A stretch of DNA of 64,000 nt from Octopus vulgaris (GCA_951406725.2 OX597835.1:16182001-16246000); one strand, 5' to 3'; positions 1 through 12,372 are shown, counted from the stretch's first letter. A program made the numbers and translations. Notes: generated from the letters alone by a model not told the origin.

Positions 1-133
1 GTGTTTCGACATGGAGTCCACTCCCTGATCCTCATCACCTGTAACGAGAAAGACGTTGACATTCCAGCTGTGACCATCCCATATTGCTTTTTTTTCAGAT
101 GTACTGTATCTAGGACTACATTAGCCAATATAT

Positions 134-552
134 ATTTCTTTACTGCCCACAAGGGGGGCTAAACATAGAGGGGACAAACAAGGACAGACAAACGGACTAA
201 GTCGATTACATCGACCCCAGTGCACAACTGGTACTTAATTTATCGACCCCGAAAGGATGAAAGGCAAAGTCAATCTCGGCGGAATTTGAACTCAGAATGT
301 AGCAGCAGACAAAATACCTATTTCTTTACTACCCACAAGGGGCTAAACATAGAGGGGACAAACAAGGACAGACAAACGGACTAAGTCGATTACATCGACC
401 CCCAGTGCACAACTGGTACTTAATTTATCGACCCCGAAAGGATGAAAGGCAAAGTCAACCTCGGCGGAATTTGAACTCAGAATGTAACCGCAGACGAGAT
501 ACGGCTACGCATTTCGCCCAGCGCGCTAACGTTTCTGCCAGTTCGCCGCCCT
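134..552 (-). mobile_element. Family B tRNA-headed SINE (Meta-domain-like), full copy plus tandem partial copy
   Basis: Minus strand reads ggcggcgaactggcagaaacgttagc...gagttcaaattcc (A/B-box-like), then gcctttcatcctttcggggtcgataaattaagtaccag, which resembles the MetaSINE central domain. The 3' ~187 bp is repeated (134-319, 320-~505). Confidence 0.8.
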
Positions 553-606
553 TATGTCTCCCCTCCACCACCACCACCCACTTGAAATTTTTTTTTTAAG
601 ATGATA

Positions 607-995
607 GGTGCAGGCTTGGCTGTGTGGTAAGAAGCTGGCTTCTCAACAGCATGGTCCTGGGTTCAGTCCCAAAGTGTGACACCTTGGACAAATGTCTTCT
701 AATCTAACCTCGGGGTGACCGAAACCTTGCAAGTGGATTTGGTAGATGAAAACTGAAAGAAGCCTGTTATGCATGTGTGTGTGTGTGTGTGCATCCCTGA
801 CCACTGTTTGACAACTGGTGTTGGTGTGTTTACGTCTCCATAATTTAGAACTTCAGTAAAAGAGACCAAGAGAACAAGTACCGGGCTTTAAAAAAAAAAG
901 TACTGGAACCGCTGATCCATTTTACGAGAAGTCCTTCAAGGTGGTGCCCCAGCATGGTCACAGTTTAATGACAGAAACAAATAAAAGAGAAAAGA
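607..995 (+). mobile_element. Family A tRNA-headed SINE, tail A1
   Basis: Head ggtgcagg..tggctgtgtggtaag...ggttcagtccc; CORE-like gaccttggacaa segment; internal (GT)n; tail ggtggtgccccagcatgg...gaaacaa. About 20 related copies occur in the window. Confidence 0.85.
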
Positions 996-1171
996 AGATT
1001 TGAGGATGATCTGATGGAGAGGAGATATCGCTGCTATTTCTAGCAGGCTCAGTAACATTACATGCAGGTTACTTTCTTGCCTTATATCCTCACCATATTT
1101 GATAGCAGGAAAGACACACAGACATATAACAGACATGGGAATATCGGGCAGACCCCAATTTCAACAGTACA

Positions 1172-1395
1172 TATCTTATCTTTTACTTGTTTCAGTCATT
1201 TGACTGTGGCCATGCTGGAGCACCGCCTTTAGTCAAGCAAATCGACACCAGGACATATTCCTTTGGAAGCCTAGTACTTATTCTATCAGTCTCTTTTGCC
1301 AAACCGCTAAGTTACGGGGACATAAACACACCACCATCAGTTGTCAAGCGATGTTGGGGGACAAACACAGACACACACACATATACACACACATA
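1172..1395 (-). mobile_element. Family A SINE, 3' half
   Basis: cttgtttcagtcatttgactgtggccatgctggagcaccgcc matches the reverse complement of tail A1. Confidence 0.85.
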
Positions 1396-1410
1396 GATAT
1401 ATATATATCT

Positions 1411-1597
1411 ATTTTGGGAAAGTGGGGCAGTCAGATTGACCCCAGTACATAACTGGTACTTAATTTATCGACCCTGAAAAGATGAAAGGCAAAGTTGAAC
1501 TTGGCGGAATTTGAACCCAGAACGTAAAGATAGACGAAATACTCCAAAGCATTTCGCCCAGTGTGCTAACATTTCCGCCAGCTTGTCTTGTCGCCTT
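1411..1597 (-). mobile_element. Family B SINE
   Basis: ggtacttaatttatcgaccc...gatgaaaggcaaag...ggcggaatttgaac matches the other B copies. Confidence 0.8.
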
Positions 1598-1899
1598 TGA
1601 TACTGATAGCATTTAAAAACAAAATAGGCAAAAATCAGTCATAATCTCAGATGTACTAAATCCATCTTATTAGTATTATTATCATTACTTATTAGTATTA
1701 TTAATTATACAACTCTCCATACAAGGGTACTTAATAAAAAAAAAAAAAAGGCCGGCTGCATTCACAGGAAGTGTATTAGCCGCAAGCTGTGAGTGTATTT
1801 TCTTTACACAGCATATTCCTGACTACCACAGCCACCAGCATCATCACTGCTCCAAGGATTGAGTGTTTATATGTGTATGTGGTGAGTGTACCATTTGTA

Positions 1900-1919
1900 T
1901 GCATATGTATGTATGTATA

Positions 1920-1993
<74 letters not shown>

Positions 1994-2002
1994 ATATATA
2001 TG

Positions 2003-2053
<51 letters not shown>

Positions 2054-2448
2054 GTATATATATATATGTATGTATGTATATATATATGTATGTATGTATA
2101 TATATATATGTATGTATGTATATATATATGTATGTATGTATATATATATATGTATGTATGTATATATATATATGTATGTATGTATATATATATATGTATG
2201 TATGTATATATATATATGTATGTATGTATATATATATATGTATGTATGTATATATATATATGTATGTATGTATATATATATATGTATGTATGTATGTATA
2301 TATATATGTATGTATGTATATATATGTATATATATATATGTATGTATGTATATATATATATATGTATGTATGTATATATGTATGTATGTATATGTATGTA
2401 TGTATGTATGTATATATATGTATGTATGTATATATATGTATGTATATG

Positions 2449-2481
<33 letters not shown>

Positions 2482-2554
2482 GTATATATATATATGTATG
2501 TATGTGTATATATGTATATGTATATATATGTATGTATATGTATATATATGTATG

Positions 2555-2597
<43 letters not shown>

Positions 2598-2620
2598 ATA
2601 TATATATGCATGTGTGTATG

Positions 2621-2654
<34 letters not shown>

Positions 2655-2669
2655 TGTATGTATGTGTAA

Positions 2670-2700
<31 letters not shown>
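1900..2700. repeat. (TA)n/(TATG)n compound microsatellite
   Basis: About 800 bp of ta/tatg units; this is the source of the YIYI ORFs. Confidence 0.97.
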
Positions 2701-2703
<3 letters not shown>

Positions 2704-2864
2704 ACTGTACTTATTTCAGTCAGTTGACTGTGGCCATGCTGGTGCACCACTTTAGGGCCTGAAAGATTGCTTTAAGATATATGGAATGTTGTATAACTAT
2801 GCCTATTTAAGTATCATAATAGTATGAAACTATTAGTAGTTCTTTCAGTTGTATATTTAATTTG

Positions 2865-2896
<32 letters not shown>

Positions 2897-3045
2897 CATC
2901 ATTATTATAATTATACAACTCTCCATACAGGGGTACTTAAAAAAAAAAGAGGCCAGCTGCTTTCACAGGAAGTGTATTAGCTGCAAACTGTGAGTATATT
3001 TTCTTTAACAGCCACCACCGCCATCATCATATATATGTATACGTG

Positions 3046-3372
3046 AAGGCACGTGGCTTAGAGGTTGGGATATTTGACCTCATGAGCATAAGGTCATGAG
3101 TTCAATTCCGCACGTGGTCATGTTGTGTCCTTGAGCAAGACACTTTATTTTCACGTTGCTCCAGTCCACTCAGCTGGCAAAAATGAGTAGTACCTGTAAT
3201 TCAAAGGGCCAGCCCTGTCACACTCAGTGTCACGCTGAATCTCCCTGAGAACTGCGTTAAGGGTTACACGTGTCTGTGGAGTGCTCAACCACTTGCACGT
3301 TAATTTCACAAGCAGGTGTTCCGTTGATTGAATCAGCTGGGATCCTTGTTGTAGCCAATGGAGTGCTACTAC
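3046..3372 (+). mobile_element. Family D tRNA-headed SINE carrying tail C2
   Basis: Head aggcacgtggcttag...gagttcaattcc; CORE-like ttgtgtccttgagcaagacac; from gtacctgtaattcaaaggg onward it matches the tail of the SINEs at 9222 and 19393. Confidence 0.75.
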
Positions 3373-3401
3373 TACATACACACACACATATATATATATA
3401 C

Positions 3402-3712
3402 ATCACGTGATCACGTGACCGACCAGGCTATCAGATGTTGCTACACCCCGCTGGTCACAATGCGCTTCACATTGTTTTAGCCTTCAAATGACGCCACTCC
3501 GCTGGCCAAGCGAGCAGGCCATCAGAAGAAAGAGTGAGAGAAAGTTCTGGTGAAAGGATACAGCAGGGATCGCCACCACCCCCTGCCGGAGCCTCGTGGA
3601 GCTTTTAGGGGTTTTCGCTCAATAAACACTCACAACGCCTGGTCTGGGAATTGAAACCGCGATTCTACGACTGTGAGTCCGCTGCCCTAACCACTGGGCC
3701 ATTGCGCCTCCA
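3402..3712 (-). mobile_element. Family C tRNA-headed SINE, tail C1
   Basis: Minus-strand head ggaggcgcaatggcccagtggttagggcagcggactc...ggtttcaattccc; ends ...ggtcacgtgatcacgtgat. Confidence 0.85.
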
Positions 3713-5039
3713 CCATATATACATACAAACACATATATACTTACATACACACTCTAATTTATTCTCACTCTGAATGGAGAAAATCTTTCAACCTTTTACT
3801 ACACAGACACAGTGATGGTAGTCTCTCTATCCAAAATGATTCAGCAATTTCCTGATGAAGAACCTGCACAGACGACTTCTTTATAAAAACCAAACGTATA
3901 TGATCTACATTAAGCTCTCTCTTTCTTTCTCCATCAAATCAACATTACTTCTAACAGATGGATGGTGTGCAATGCGTCAGATGTTGACAAGACCACAGAG
4001 TAACACTTCATTAAAATTAAGTGTTTTCCTCAAGAATACAATCCACACCTGGCCTAAGAATTGAACTCACAATCTTGCAGCCATGAGTGCAACACTCTTA
4101 CCATTAGGCTACCATTAGGCCCTCACTGAGTATATACAGACATAGATGTGTCAGTGCATAAGCATGATTACATGTGTGAAGGTGAATGTGTGTGCTCGTG
4201 CCTTTGTATGTGAGCACGTACGCTATGTATATGAATAGATATGCTGTGCTCGAGAAGACCCGTCAAGCCAAGTGAAATTGTAGTCATGGCCAATGCTAGT
4301 GTCATGTAACTGGTGTCCATGCCGGTGGCATGTAAAAAGCACCCTTCAAACACTGGACCTCACAGAGGCAATGACAAGTGACTGAGACCTTTGGTGAAAT
4401 GCTGAGTAAATGATCTTGCTCTTTCTACTTCAAATTATTCACATTTATAAAATGTTGGTTTGATAAATAAAAATATTCTTACCCCAAACTCTGTCAATAT
4501 CCAAGTTTTTCTTCTGAGATTTATTAATTTCCCTCAACAAAGGCTGAAAAGATAAAAGAAAGAAAACTAAGAATAAAATATTTCACTTTCATAGTATTTG
4601 TTTTCAGTAAAAAAAAATAAGCAAAAAAAAAACAAAACAAAAAAAAATGTTTAAACCGGGTTGTGGATCACAAGAAACCCATCTAACGCTGTCTCTGTGA
4701 CAGTTGCAGGGATGAAGGTCATGGCTGGAACACTTTTGATAATGTCTGCTGAAAAAAAAAGCTTTTAAAAAAAACAATTTCGCTGTAACTTGGGAGGGTT
4801 GTTATGCCAATAATACATGCATTGGTTCTATTTCACTTCTTTTTTCTTTTGTCAATTGGTTAACTGTTTAAACTCTTAACTAATTGATTGATTGATTAAA
4901 CATCTGGTCAATCAATCATCTGACCTCATCTATGACAAGCTTCTGTTATTCCAGGGCTGATATTGAACCAGAGCATGTTTTTAGTGTTTATTATTGATGC
5001 AATGGCCCTTCCAAGATAAACAAAGAATGTTACAACAAC

Positions 5040-5222
5040 AGGCACAGGTGTGGCTATGAGGTACAGGCATAGCTCTGCATGAAAAAATTTGTTTTCCAAC
5101 CACATGGTCTTGAGTTCAGTCCCATTGTGTGGCACCTTGGAGGCAAGTATCTTCTACTATAGCCCCAGGTTGACCAAAACGTTGTGAGTAGATTTAGTAG
5201 ACAGAAACTGAAAGAAGCCCAC

Positions 5223-5269
<47 letters not shown>

Positions 5270-5500
5270 GTGTCTCCTTGCCTTAACTTTACATGATAGT
5301 TGCAAATAAATGCCACTGTCAAGCAAGCAGTGTCCATCCATGAAACATGTCTGGCTATGAAGGAATATTATCTTCCTTGGAAACAGGCAAGGGTTGGCGA
5401 CAGGAAGAACATCCAGTTGCAATAAAAAAAATTTTTTAAATCCATCTCAGAAGATTCTGTTTGATCCATCCAGGCAAACATGGAGAAATAAGAATTTAAC
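5040..5500 (+). mobile_element. Family A head with RTE-type tail (A2)
   Basis: A head and (GT)n, then gggttggcgacaggaagaacatccag...ccatccaggcaaacatggagaa, similar to the family E tail. Confidence 0.65.
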
Positions 5501-6049
5501 CCCCCCCCCCACCAAAAAAAAAACAATGATGACAATGACACAAGTTCACATCAAGAATCTTGCAAATCAAATGCAAAAACGATAAAAGAACAAGAACAAT
5601 AAAAAAAAAAGAAAAAGAAAAAAAGACCGGTAGAAAACTTAAGATAGAAAACAACATAAAAACGCCTGTAATATCTTAGCGATTGTAGTAATCAAGTAAT
5701 CTATTTTGGTAAAGAATTTAAAGCTTTTGCTAGTTGGGTTTTTTTTTTTTCTTCTTTTTTTTATTATGTTGCAAAGATTTTTCCAGAATTCTTTGCATTC
5801 CAAAATATTTTTTCTTACATTCTTACATTCTTAAACACAACCCCAAACAATTTTCAACTACATTATTGAATCGAATCCAAAAACACATTAGCCTGCCTCA
5901 CTTCCCCTGCCATCTGCCGGCGCCAGCACCTTACATTACAAAATTTCAATTCTGAGAATGTGTCACACATAATCAAACCTAAAACAAAAAAAAAATGGAT
6001 GTTAGTTCCCTACTTCTTCAAATCTAAAGAATTACAATGCAAGAATTTA

Positions 6050-6927
6050 ACCAAAAGTCTGTAGATGCCAGTCTCATGGCAAGTCAGAAACAAATTAGAA
6101 TAACTAATTAGTTGTTGTTTAACCCTAGGTCAGCCTTGATCCAGCAGACCTGTAACCAAAGGTATTTCAATAATGACTGTCTGGCCTTTTATCCAAAGTG
6201 TATCTAGGACAACATTAACTCATGTACTCTTTCTTATTGTTGTTTGGTTCCCAAGTACTCCACCCTTTGATCAGCAGACAATTGATCAAACCTATTCCAG
6301 GCATGGCCATCCTGTCTTTTATGCAGACATAGTGTATCTAGGACTAAATTACCTAATATGTCCTTCCATTTTAATTTTTAGATGGCAGGGTATAATTTGA
6401 AGGAGAATTAGCTGCTATTTCTAACCTGTTGAAGTTCCATCATTAACGAGGGATATCCGTCAATGACTGGTAAGATCAACCAACCTTTTGCAAGAAAGAC
6501 TCGCTACTTATTCCCAATGGCTAAGTGTACCATGGACTACTGTAAATTGTGGACACTCAATGAGCTGATAAATCCCTGAGAAGCCCTTAGGGGCCCGGGC
6601 CTGGTTTACTTTGCGCAGTATTAAACATAGATTTGATATGAGTGGCCATGTCTGGAATAGTTCTGATCAATTGTCTGCTGATAAAAGGGGTGACTTAGGA
6701 ACAGCAAAGGGTGAATGACTTGGGAACTAAATAATAAGGGTTAGGGATATGTTAGTTGATGTAGTCCTAGATGCACTTTGGATAAAAGGTCGGACAATCA
6801 TTACTGAAATACCTTTCATTACAGGCATGCTGGCTGAAGGCTAAGGTGGGGTTAATCAACAACAACTAATTAGTCATTCTAATTTGTTTCTGACTTGTCA
6901 TGAGACTGGCATCTACAGATTTTTGGT
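6050..6927. repeat. Local inverted duplication, arms ~6050-6310 and ~6643-6927
   Basis: accaaaagtctgtagatgccagtctcatggcaagtcagaaacaaattagaataactaattagttgttg recurs in reverse complement at 6860-6927 with 3 mismatches; the inner arms are more diverged. Confidence 0.85.
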
Positions 6928-7844
6928 ATAGGGTACCATAACAGGCGTGTCTTACATAGAGGTACTACAGTAGAATTGTACATTAAATATAAGTACCACA
7001 ACAGAGGTGTACCTTACATAGAGGTACCACAACATATGTACCTTTGCATATCAGTATTGCTACTTGACATTGAAGTACCAGAACAGAGGTGAATGTTAAG
7101 CAGAAACAAACAGAACTTGTCATACAATATCATGTTCCCACCCCAACCAATCCAATGCGGACATTTCCACTGAAACAAGAAAACAGACAACCACCACAAA
7201 CCAATATAGAATGCACACACACACACACACAACATATGCACGCATACACACACACAGACATACACATAAACACACACACATACACACAGCTGCCATTTCA
7301 TTACCAATGTTGACATGTGACGGTGGTATTATCATCAACTGATGATTACATTGTCAAAGAGTGGATGTTGGTGAGAGAGGAAATGATGCAAATGAAATGT
7401 CAGAAACACATCAAACCGAAAAACGGAATCCATTTCCACAGAGATGGATGGACATGACAGCTCTGTGAGACCACTTCAAAACAACACAGCGAAAATATAT
7501 AGCTTTTTTATATCAAAGAGAATCTTGGCTAAGACACTGAATGAGAGAGAATCTTCACCAGCAGAGCAACAGCTTGAAGATTTTAATAAATTATTTTACT
7601 TGGAAATTCACCTAAATTAACAGAAACATGAGTTTGAGAGTAATTAAAGTTAGATTCTTTAAGTATTAATTGAATATAGAATGATATGTAGGACAGTCCA
7701 ACAGAGATATGTTGGAAACACCTGCGCACTATTGAGACATAAATTATCCAGGTAAGATTGTGTCTGTAGGATAAATGGACATAATAGAGCTAAATGTTAT
7801 TTATTTGAGTTCTGAAACTTTAATTATGGTTTCCATGTTTAGCA

Positions 7845-8530
7845 CAAAGACATGAAGTTATAAGAGACATCTTCAATGAAGACGAAGTTATAGGAGACGT
7901 CTTCTATGAAGACATGAAGTTATAGGAGACGTCTTAATTGAGGACATGAAGTTATAGGAGACGTCTTCAATGAAGACGAAGTTATAGGAGACATCTTCAA
8001 TGAAGACATGAAGTTATAGGAGACGTCTTCTATGAAGACATGAAGTTATAGGAGACATCTTCAATGAAGACATGAAGTTATAGGAGACATCTTCTATGAA
8101 GACATGAAGTTATAGGAGACGTCTTCAATGAAGACATGAAGTTATAGGAGACATCTTCTATGAAGACATGAAGTTATAGGAGACATCTTCAATGAAGACA
8201 TGAAGTTATAGGAGACATCTTCAATGAAGACATGAAGTTATAGGAGACGTCTTCAATGAAGACGAAGTTATAGGAGACGTCTTCAATGAAGACGAAGTTA
8301 TAGGAGACGTCTTCAATGAAGACGAAGTTATAGGAGACGTCTTCAATGAAGACGAAGTTATAGGAGGCATCTTCTATGAAGACATGAAGTTATAGGAGAC
8401 GTCTTCGATGAAGACATGAAGTTATAGGAGACGTCTTAATTGAGGACATGAAGTTATAGGAGACGTCTTCGATGAAGACATGAAGTTATAGGAGACGTCT
8501 TAATTGAGGACATGAAGTTATAGGAGAGGT
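7845..8530. repeat. Minisatellite, 30/32-bp unit gaagac(at)gaagttataggagacgtcttcaat, about 21 copies
   Basis: Directly visible tandem units with no spacers. Confidence 0.95.
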
Positions 8531-8599
8531 TCATGGTAAAGATACAAAATATGAGAAAAAAGTTCACAGTTGATATATTGGACATTTTCCCACCCTGGT

Positions 8600-9012
8600 A
8601 TCATCATTGTTTAAATGTCCACTTTTCCATGTCTGCATGGATTGGATGGAGTTTATTTTGGCAAATTTTCTATGGCTAGATGCCCTTCTTGTTGCCAACC
8701 TTCATCTGTTTTCAAGAAAGATATTTCACTGTGGCCAGACACATTTTGGCAGAGTAATAGAAATGAATGGCATTCATTTACAATAATCATGCAATGTCAA
8801 GACAGAGAGACACAAACACATACACTCACTCACATATATACACACACACATATATGCATGCATGTGACAGGCTTCTTTCAGTTTCCATCTACCAAATTTA
8901 CTCACAAGGCTTTGATTGGCCCAGAGCTATAATAGAAAATATTTTGCCCAAGGTGCCACACAGTGGGACTGAACCTGAAACAATGTGGTTGAAAGCAACA
9001 CAGCCACATCTG
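8600..9012 (-). mobile_element. Family A head with RTE-type tail (A2)
   Basis: A head at ~8870-9012; tail rc ggttggcaacaagaagggcatctagcc...catggaaaagtggacatttaaacaatgatga. Confidence 0.75.
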
Positions 9013-9129
9013 TAAGCAGCTGGAAATAGTTTTAATGAACACACCAAAAAAAAAAAAGGTACTGTCAGTAATTGGTAAATTTTAAACTCACAATGTAGAG
9101 GAACAAGATTTTGGGCAACATTTAATCCA

Positions 9130-9970
9130 ATGCCTAACCATGAGGAAGGAGAGAAACCCTGGATCACATCCTCAGTATTTATCCAAGGGCCCTGGGTGAG
9201 GTGTGCTACTACTGGTGGAATGTGGAGGCGCAATGGCCCAGTGGTTAGGACAGCGGACTCGTGGTCATAGGATCGCGGTTTCGATTCCCAGACCGGGCGT
9301 TGTGTGTGTTTATTGAGCGAAAACACCTAAAAAGCTCCTCCACGAGGCTCCGGCAGGTGATGGTGGTGATCCCTGCTGTACTCATTCACCACAACTTTCT
9401 CTCACTCTTACTTCTTGTTTCTGTTGTACCTGTATTTCAAAGGACCGGCCTTGTCACTCTCTGTGTCACGCTGAATATCCCCGAGAACTACGTTAAGGGT
9501 ACACGTGTCTGTGGAGTGCTCAGCCACTTACACGTTAATTTCACGAGCAGGCTGTTCCGTTGATTCGAATCAACCGGAACCCTCGTCGTAGTAACCGACG
9601 GAGTGCTTCCATACTGGTGGAATAATCTGGTCCTGAAGGGCCATAGTACACTCAACTTGCAGTGGAATTTGCCATTACAGGTGCCTATACCAAACAAAGA
9701 TGACTTGCTTTCCTCAAGGTTGTCTTCAAGATGATACCAAGTGCCTGGTCTACTTCTCCGGGTCTATGAACAACAGCAAAAGCCTAGAAGCAGCAAGTCA
9801 TGCAAGGAAATGGACGAAGTTCCCAGGAACTGTCACTTCAACATCACTAAAGCCAGGCATGGTGCTTATCTCAGAAGCATTCAAGCAGGTAGTTCTGTAG
9901 GAACTCTCCATTCCCTGGGAGGACCATACTGAAGAGGTAAACCTCAGGATAGTCCTAACTAAAATGAACC
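9130..9970 (+). pseudogene. Degenerate RLE-type (HERO-like, R2 group) non-LTR retrotransposon C-terminus, interrupted by a SINE
   Basis: ETLDHILSIYPRALGEVCYYWWN/NLVLK resembles the zinc-knuckle region TLEHILSxCPxALGEGRYxWRHDxVLK. KFPGTVTSTSLKPGMVLISEAFKQVVL*ELSIPWEDHTEEVN resembles the RLE motif LRPDIVL...ELTVPWE. Confidence 0.75.
9222..9611 (+). mobile_element. Family C SINE, tail C2, with 12-bp TSD
   Basis: C head; TSD tactggtggaat at 9210-9221 and 9612-9623. Confidence 0.9.
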
Positions 9971-10497
9971 TATTAGCTAAGACTCTCCAACTATACCCCT
10001 CGGATCTTTTCACTTTGACCAGCAGATTTTAAAAATAACTTCTTTGTAACTAAACACTTTTAAACTTCACATACTGGTAGAATGTGTTACATAAAACATC
10101 TTTTTCTCTTGGCTTTATTTAGAAAATTCTGTAGTTTGTAAGCTATTTGTTGTTAAATTTCTTGCATTTCAGCAATTTCAACCAATCAATGACGTCTATT
10201 GAGGTAAATACAATTACTGCTGTAGTTTGTCAACAAGTTCAACAACAACTTCCAGCGGTGTCTATTTAGTTTAAGAAACAGATTGAAATGCAACAAAATA
10301 GATCGATACTAAGGGTCATAATTATGGGTGGACACTAAATGAGGGGACGGTTTTGCTATCCAGCTCTGTTTACGAGTGACCCCTCAGTTTATGGCTACAA
10401 AATGTATTAAAATGTATTTATACATCACTATACGCTTACAAATTTCAACACCCAAACCTTGTCCCCTTTTCCTTGTTTCTTTCTTGTAAACACAAGA

Positions 10498-11062
10498 CAT
10501 CATCATCATCATCATTGTTCGACCATGGTCGAGACAATGGAATTTACCATGCTACGCCAGACTTCACGGTCCATCATGTCATTACGGAGGTCCTGTTGCT
10601 GGATGCCTGTATCCCTGGAGATTACATCAGGGTAGGAGAGTGTGCGCCCTCTGATATTGCGAGTAGATGGCTTCCAGAGGAGAAGAGTAGAAATTACTTC
10701 TTTTTCAGCTCTACAACAATGTCCAGCAAACTGGACTCTCCTACCTTTCACAAGAGATGACACAGGTGGTAGTTTCCCATATATTTGCATTTTGGTTGGA
10801 TGGCGGGCGCTTCCACGAGAGATTTTGAGCTCTCATAAGGAGGCGAGTGTAGGTTCCGTCCAACCGCCTCTCAAGCTTCTTTGATAACGTCCAGGTTTCT
10901 GAGCCATATAGTAGAATTGGTTCGACTGTGGCTTTGAAGATTTCAAGTTTGAAGTCTCTACTTAGATTTGATGACCAGATCTTATGCATGTCATTACAGG
11001 CTGACCAGGCCATACCCTTTCTAGTTAGAAAGTCTTTTCCAGATGATGATATGTATGACCCA
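10498..11062 (-). mobile_element. RTE-type LINE 3' fragment with (TGA)n tail
   Basis: LGSYISSSG...FKATVEPILLYGSETWTLSKKLERRLDGTYTRLL...RRVQFAGHCCR...DREVWR, with one frameshift; possible TSD caagaca. Confidence 0.9.
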
Positions 11063-11344
11063 AGACACCCATCCACCCACCAAAATCTGGGTTACACACT
11101 AAGTACATAATTAATTTGGTGGCATTCTTTCCATATGAGTCCCATTTAGGCCACATGTATTTGTTTACATTTGAAGAAGAAGATCATTACTTTCCGTAAA
11201 ATTTTTATTTTTTGATATATGTGGGGTTAGGGTCAGCTCTTCAGAAATGTAAATAAACCCAATCTGTTTCTTAAACGAATATATAACATGTAATGTGTGT
11301 ATCTGTGCAACAGAGAGGGAAATTAAAGCTGCATATGTTTATTC

Positions 11345-11745
11345 TTACTCTTTTCTCTTTTACTTGTTTCAGTCATTTGACTGCGGCCATGCTGGAGCAC
11401 CGCCTTTAACTGAGCAAATCGACCCCGGGACTTATTCTTTGTAAGCCCAGTACTTATTCTATCGGTCTCTTTTGCCGAACCGCTAAGTGACGGGGACGTA
11501 AACACACCAGCATCGGTTGTCAAGCAATGCTAGGGGGACAAACACAGACACACAAACATATACACACATATATATATACATATATACGACAGGCTTCTTT
11601 TCAGTTTCCGTCTACCAAATCCACTCACAAGGCTTTGGTCGGCCCGAGGCTATAGCAGAAGACACTTGCCCAAGATGCCACGCAGTGAGACTGAACATGG
11701 AACCATGTGGTTGGTTAGCAAGCTACTTACCACACAGCCACTCCT
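11345..11745 (-). mobile_element. Family A SINE, full length, young
   Basis: Head to tail A1; near-identical to the copies at 13962, 29990 and 41836. Confidence 0.9.
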
Positions 11746-12372
11746 GTTGTGAACTTAGAATATGTGTTTATTAATAAAAGTTTTATAACGACAATCTTTT
11801 ATTCATACGAATGTAACTGATATGAAATATGTCATAAATAACAGTGACAAACTGAGTAGACACCGCAGGAAGTTGTTGTTGACAAACTACAGCAGTAATT
11901 ATGTTCACCTCAATAGACGTCATTGATTGGTTGAAATTGCAGAAAAGGCAAGAAATTTAACAACAAATAGCTTACAAACTACAGAATTTTCTCAAGAAAG
12001 CCAAGAGAAAAAGATGTTTTATGTAACACATTCTACCAGTATACGAAGTTTTAAAAGTGTTTAGTTACGTGGAAATTATTTTTTAAATCTGCCGGTCAAA
12101 GTGAAAAGATCCTACCCCCCCTCCCATCTATTGAACAGATATATATATGCATCATGATAAGATGTGAGTTGAGTGATGTTCGGCTGCTGTTTCTAGCAAA
12201 GTGATTGACCATACAGAGGCTTTCTCACTGTTCAGTGGAATGGCGGGGCGGGGGAGGTTTGGTATTGGATGGTATGTGCTGGGTGCAATCATAGCAGAGC
12301 GGTTACCATCTAAGAAGGGGATACGGAAGACTAGATGCTTCACTGCTCTCATTATTGTTTGACAATAGAAGG

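Larger units (their letters stand above)
10002..12112. mobile_element. Non-autonomous long-TIR DNA transposon (Mutator- or Merlin-like) with nested LINE and SINE
   Basis: About 250-bp imperfect TIRs: ggatcttttcactttgacc... (from 10002) and ...ggtcaaagtgaaaagatcc (to 12112). Flanks tacccctc / tacccccc give an ~8-bp TSD. Confidence 0.85.

Noticed and set aside
1789-2755. 255-312-aa ORFs, and similar ORFs at 37425-38288 and 39767-40173
   Set aside because: These are translations of (TA)n/(TATG)n microsatellites, which lack stop codons.
7845-8530. CRISPR-like array (30-32-bp partly palindromic repeats)
   Set aside because: Units are contiguous with no unique spacers, there are no cas genes, and the context is eukaryotic.
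9222-9300. tRNA gene (also the other A, B, C and D heads)
   Set aside because: These are multi-copy SINE heads that continue into SINE bodies; I could not fold a complete cloverleaf.
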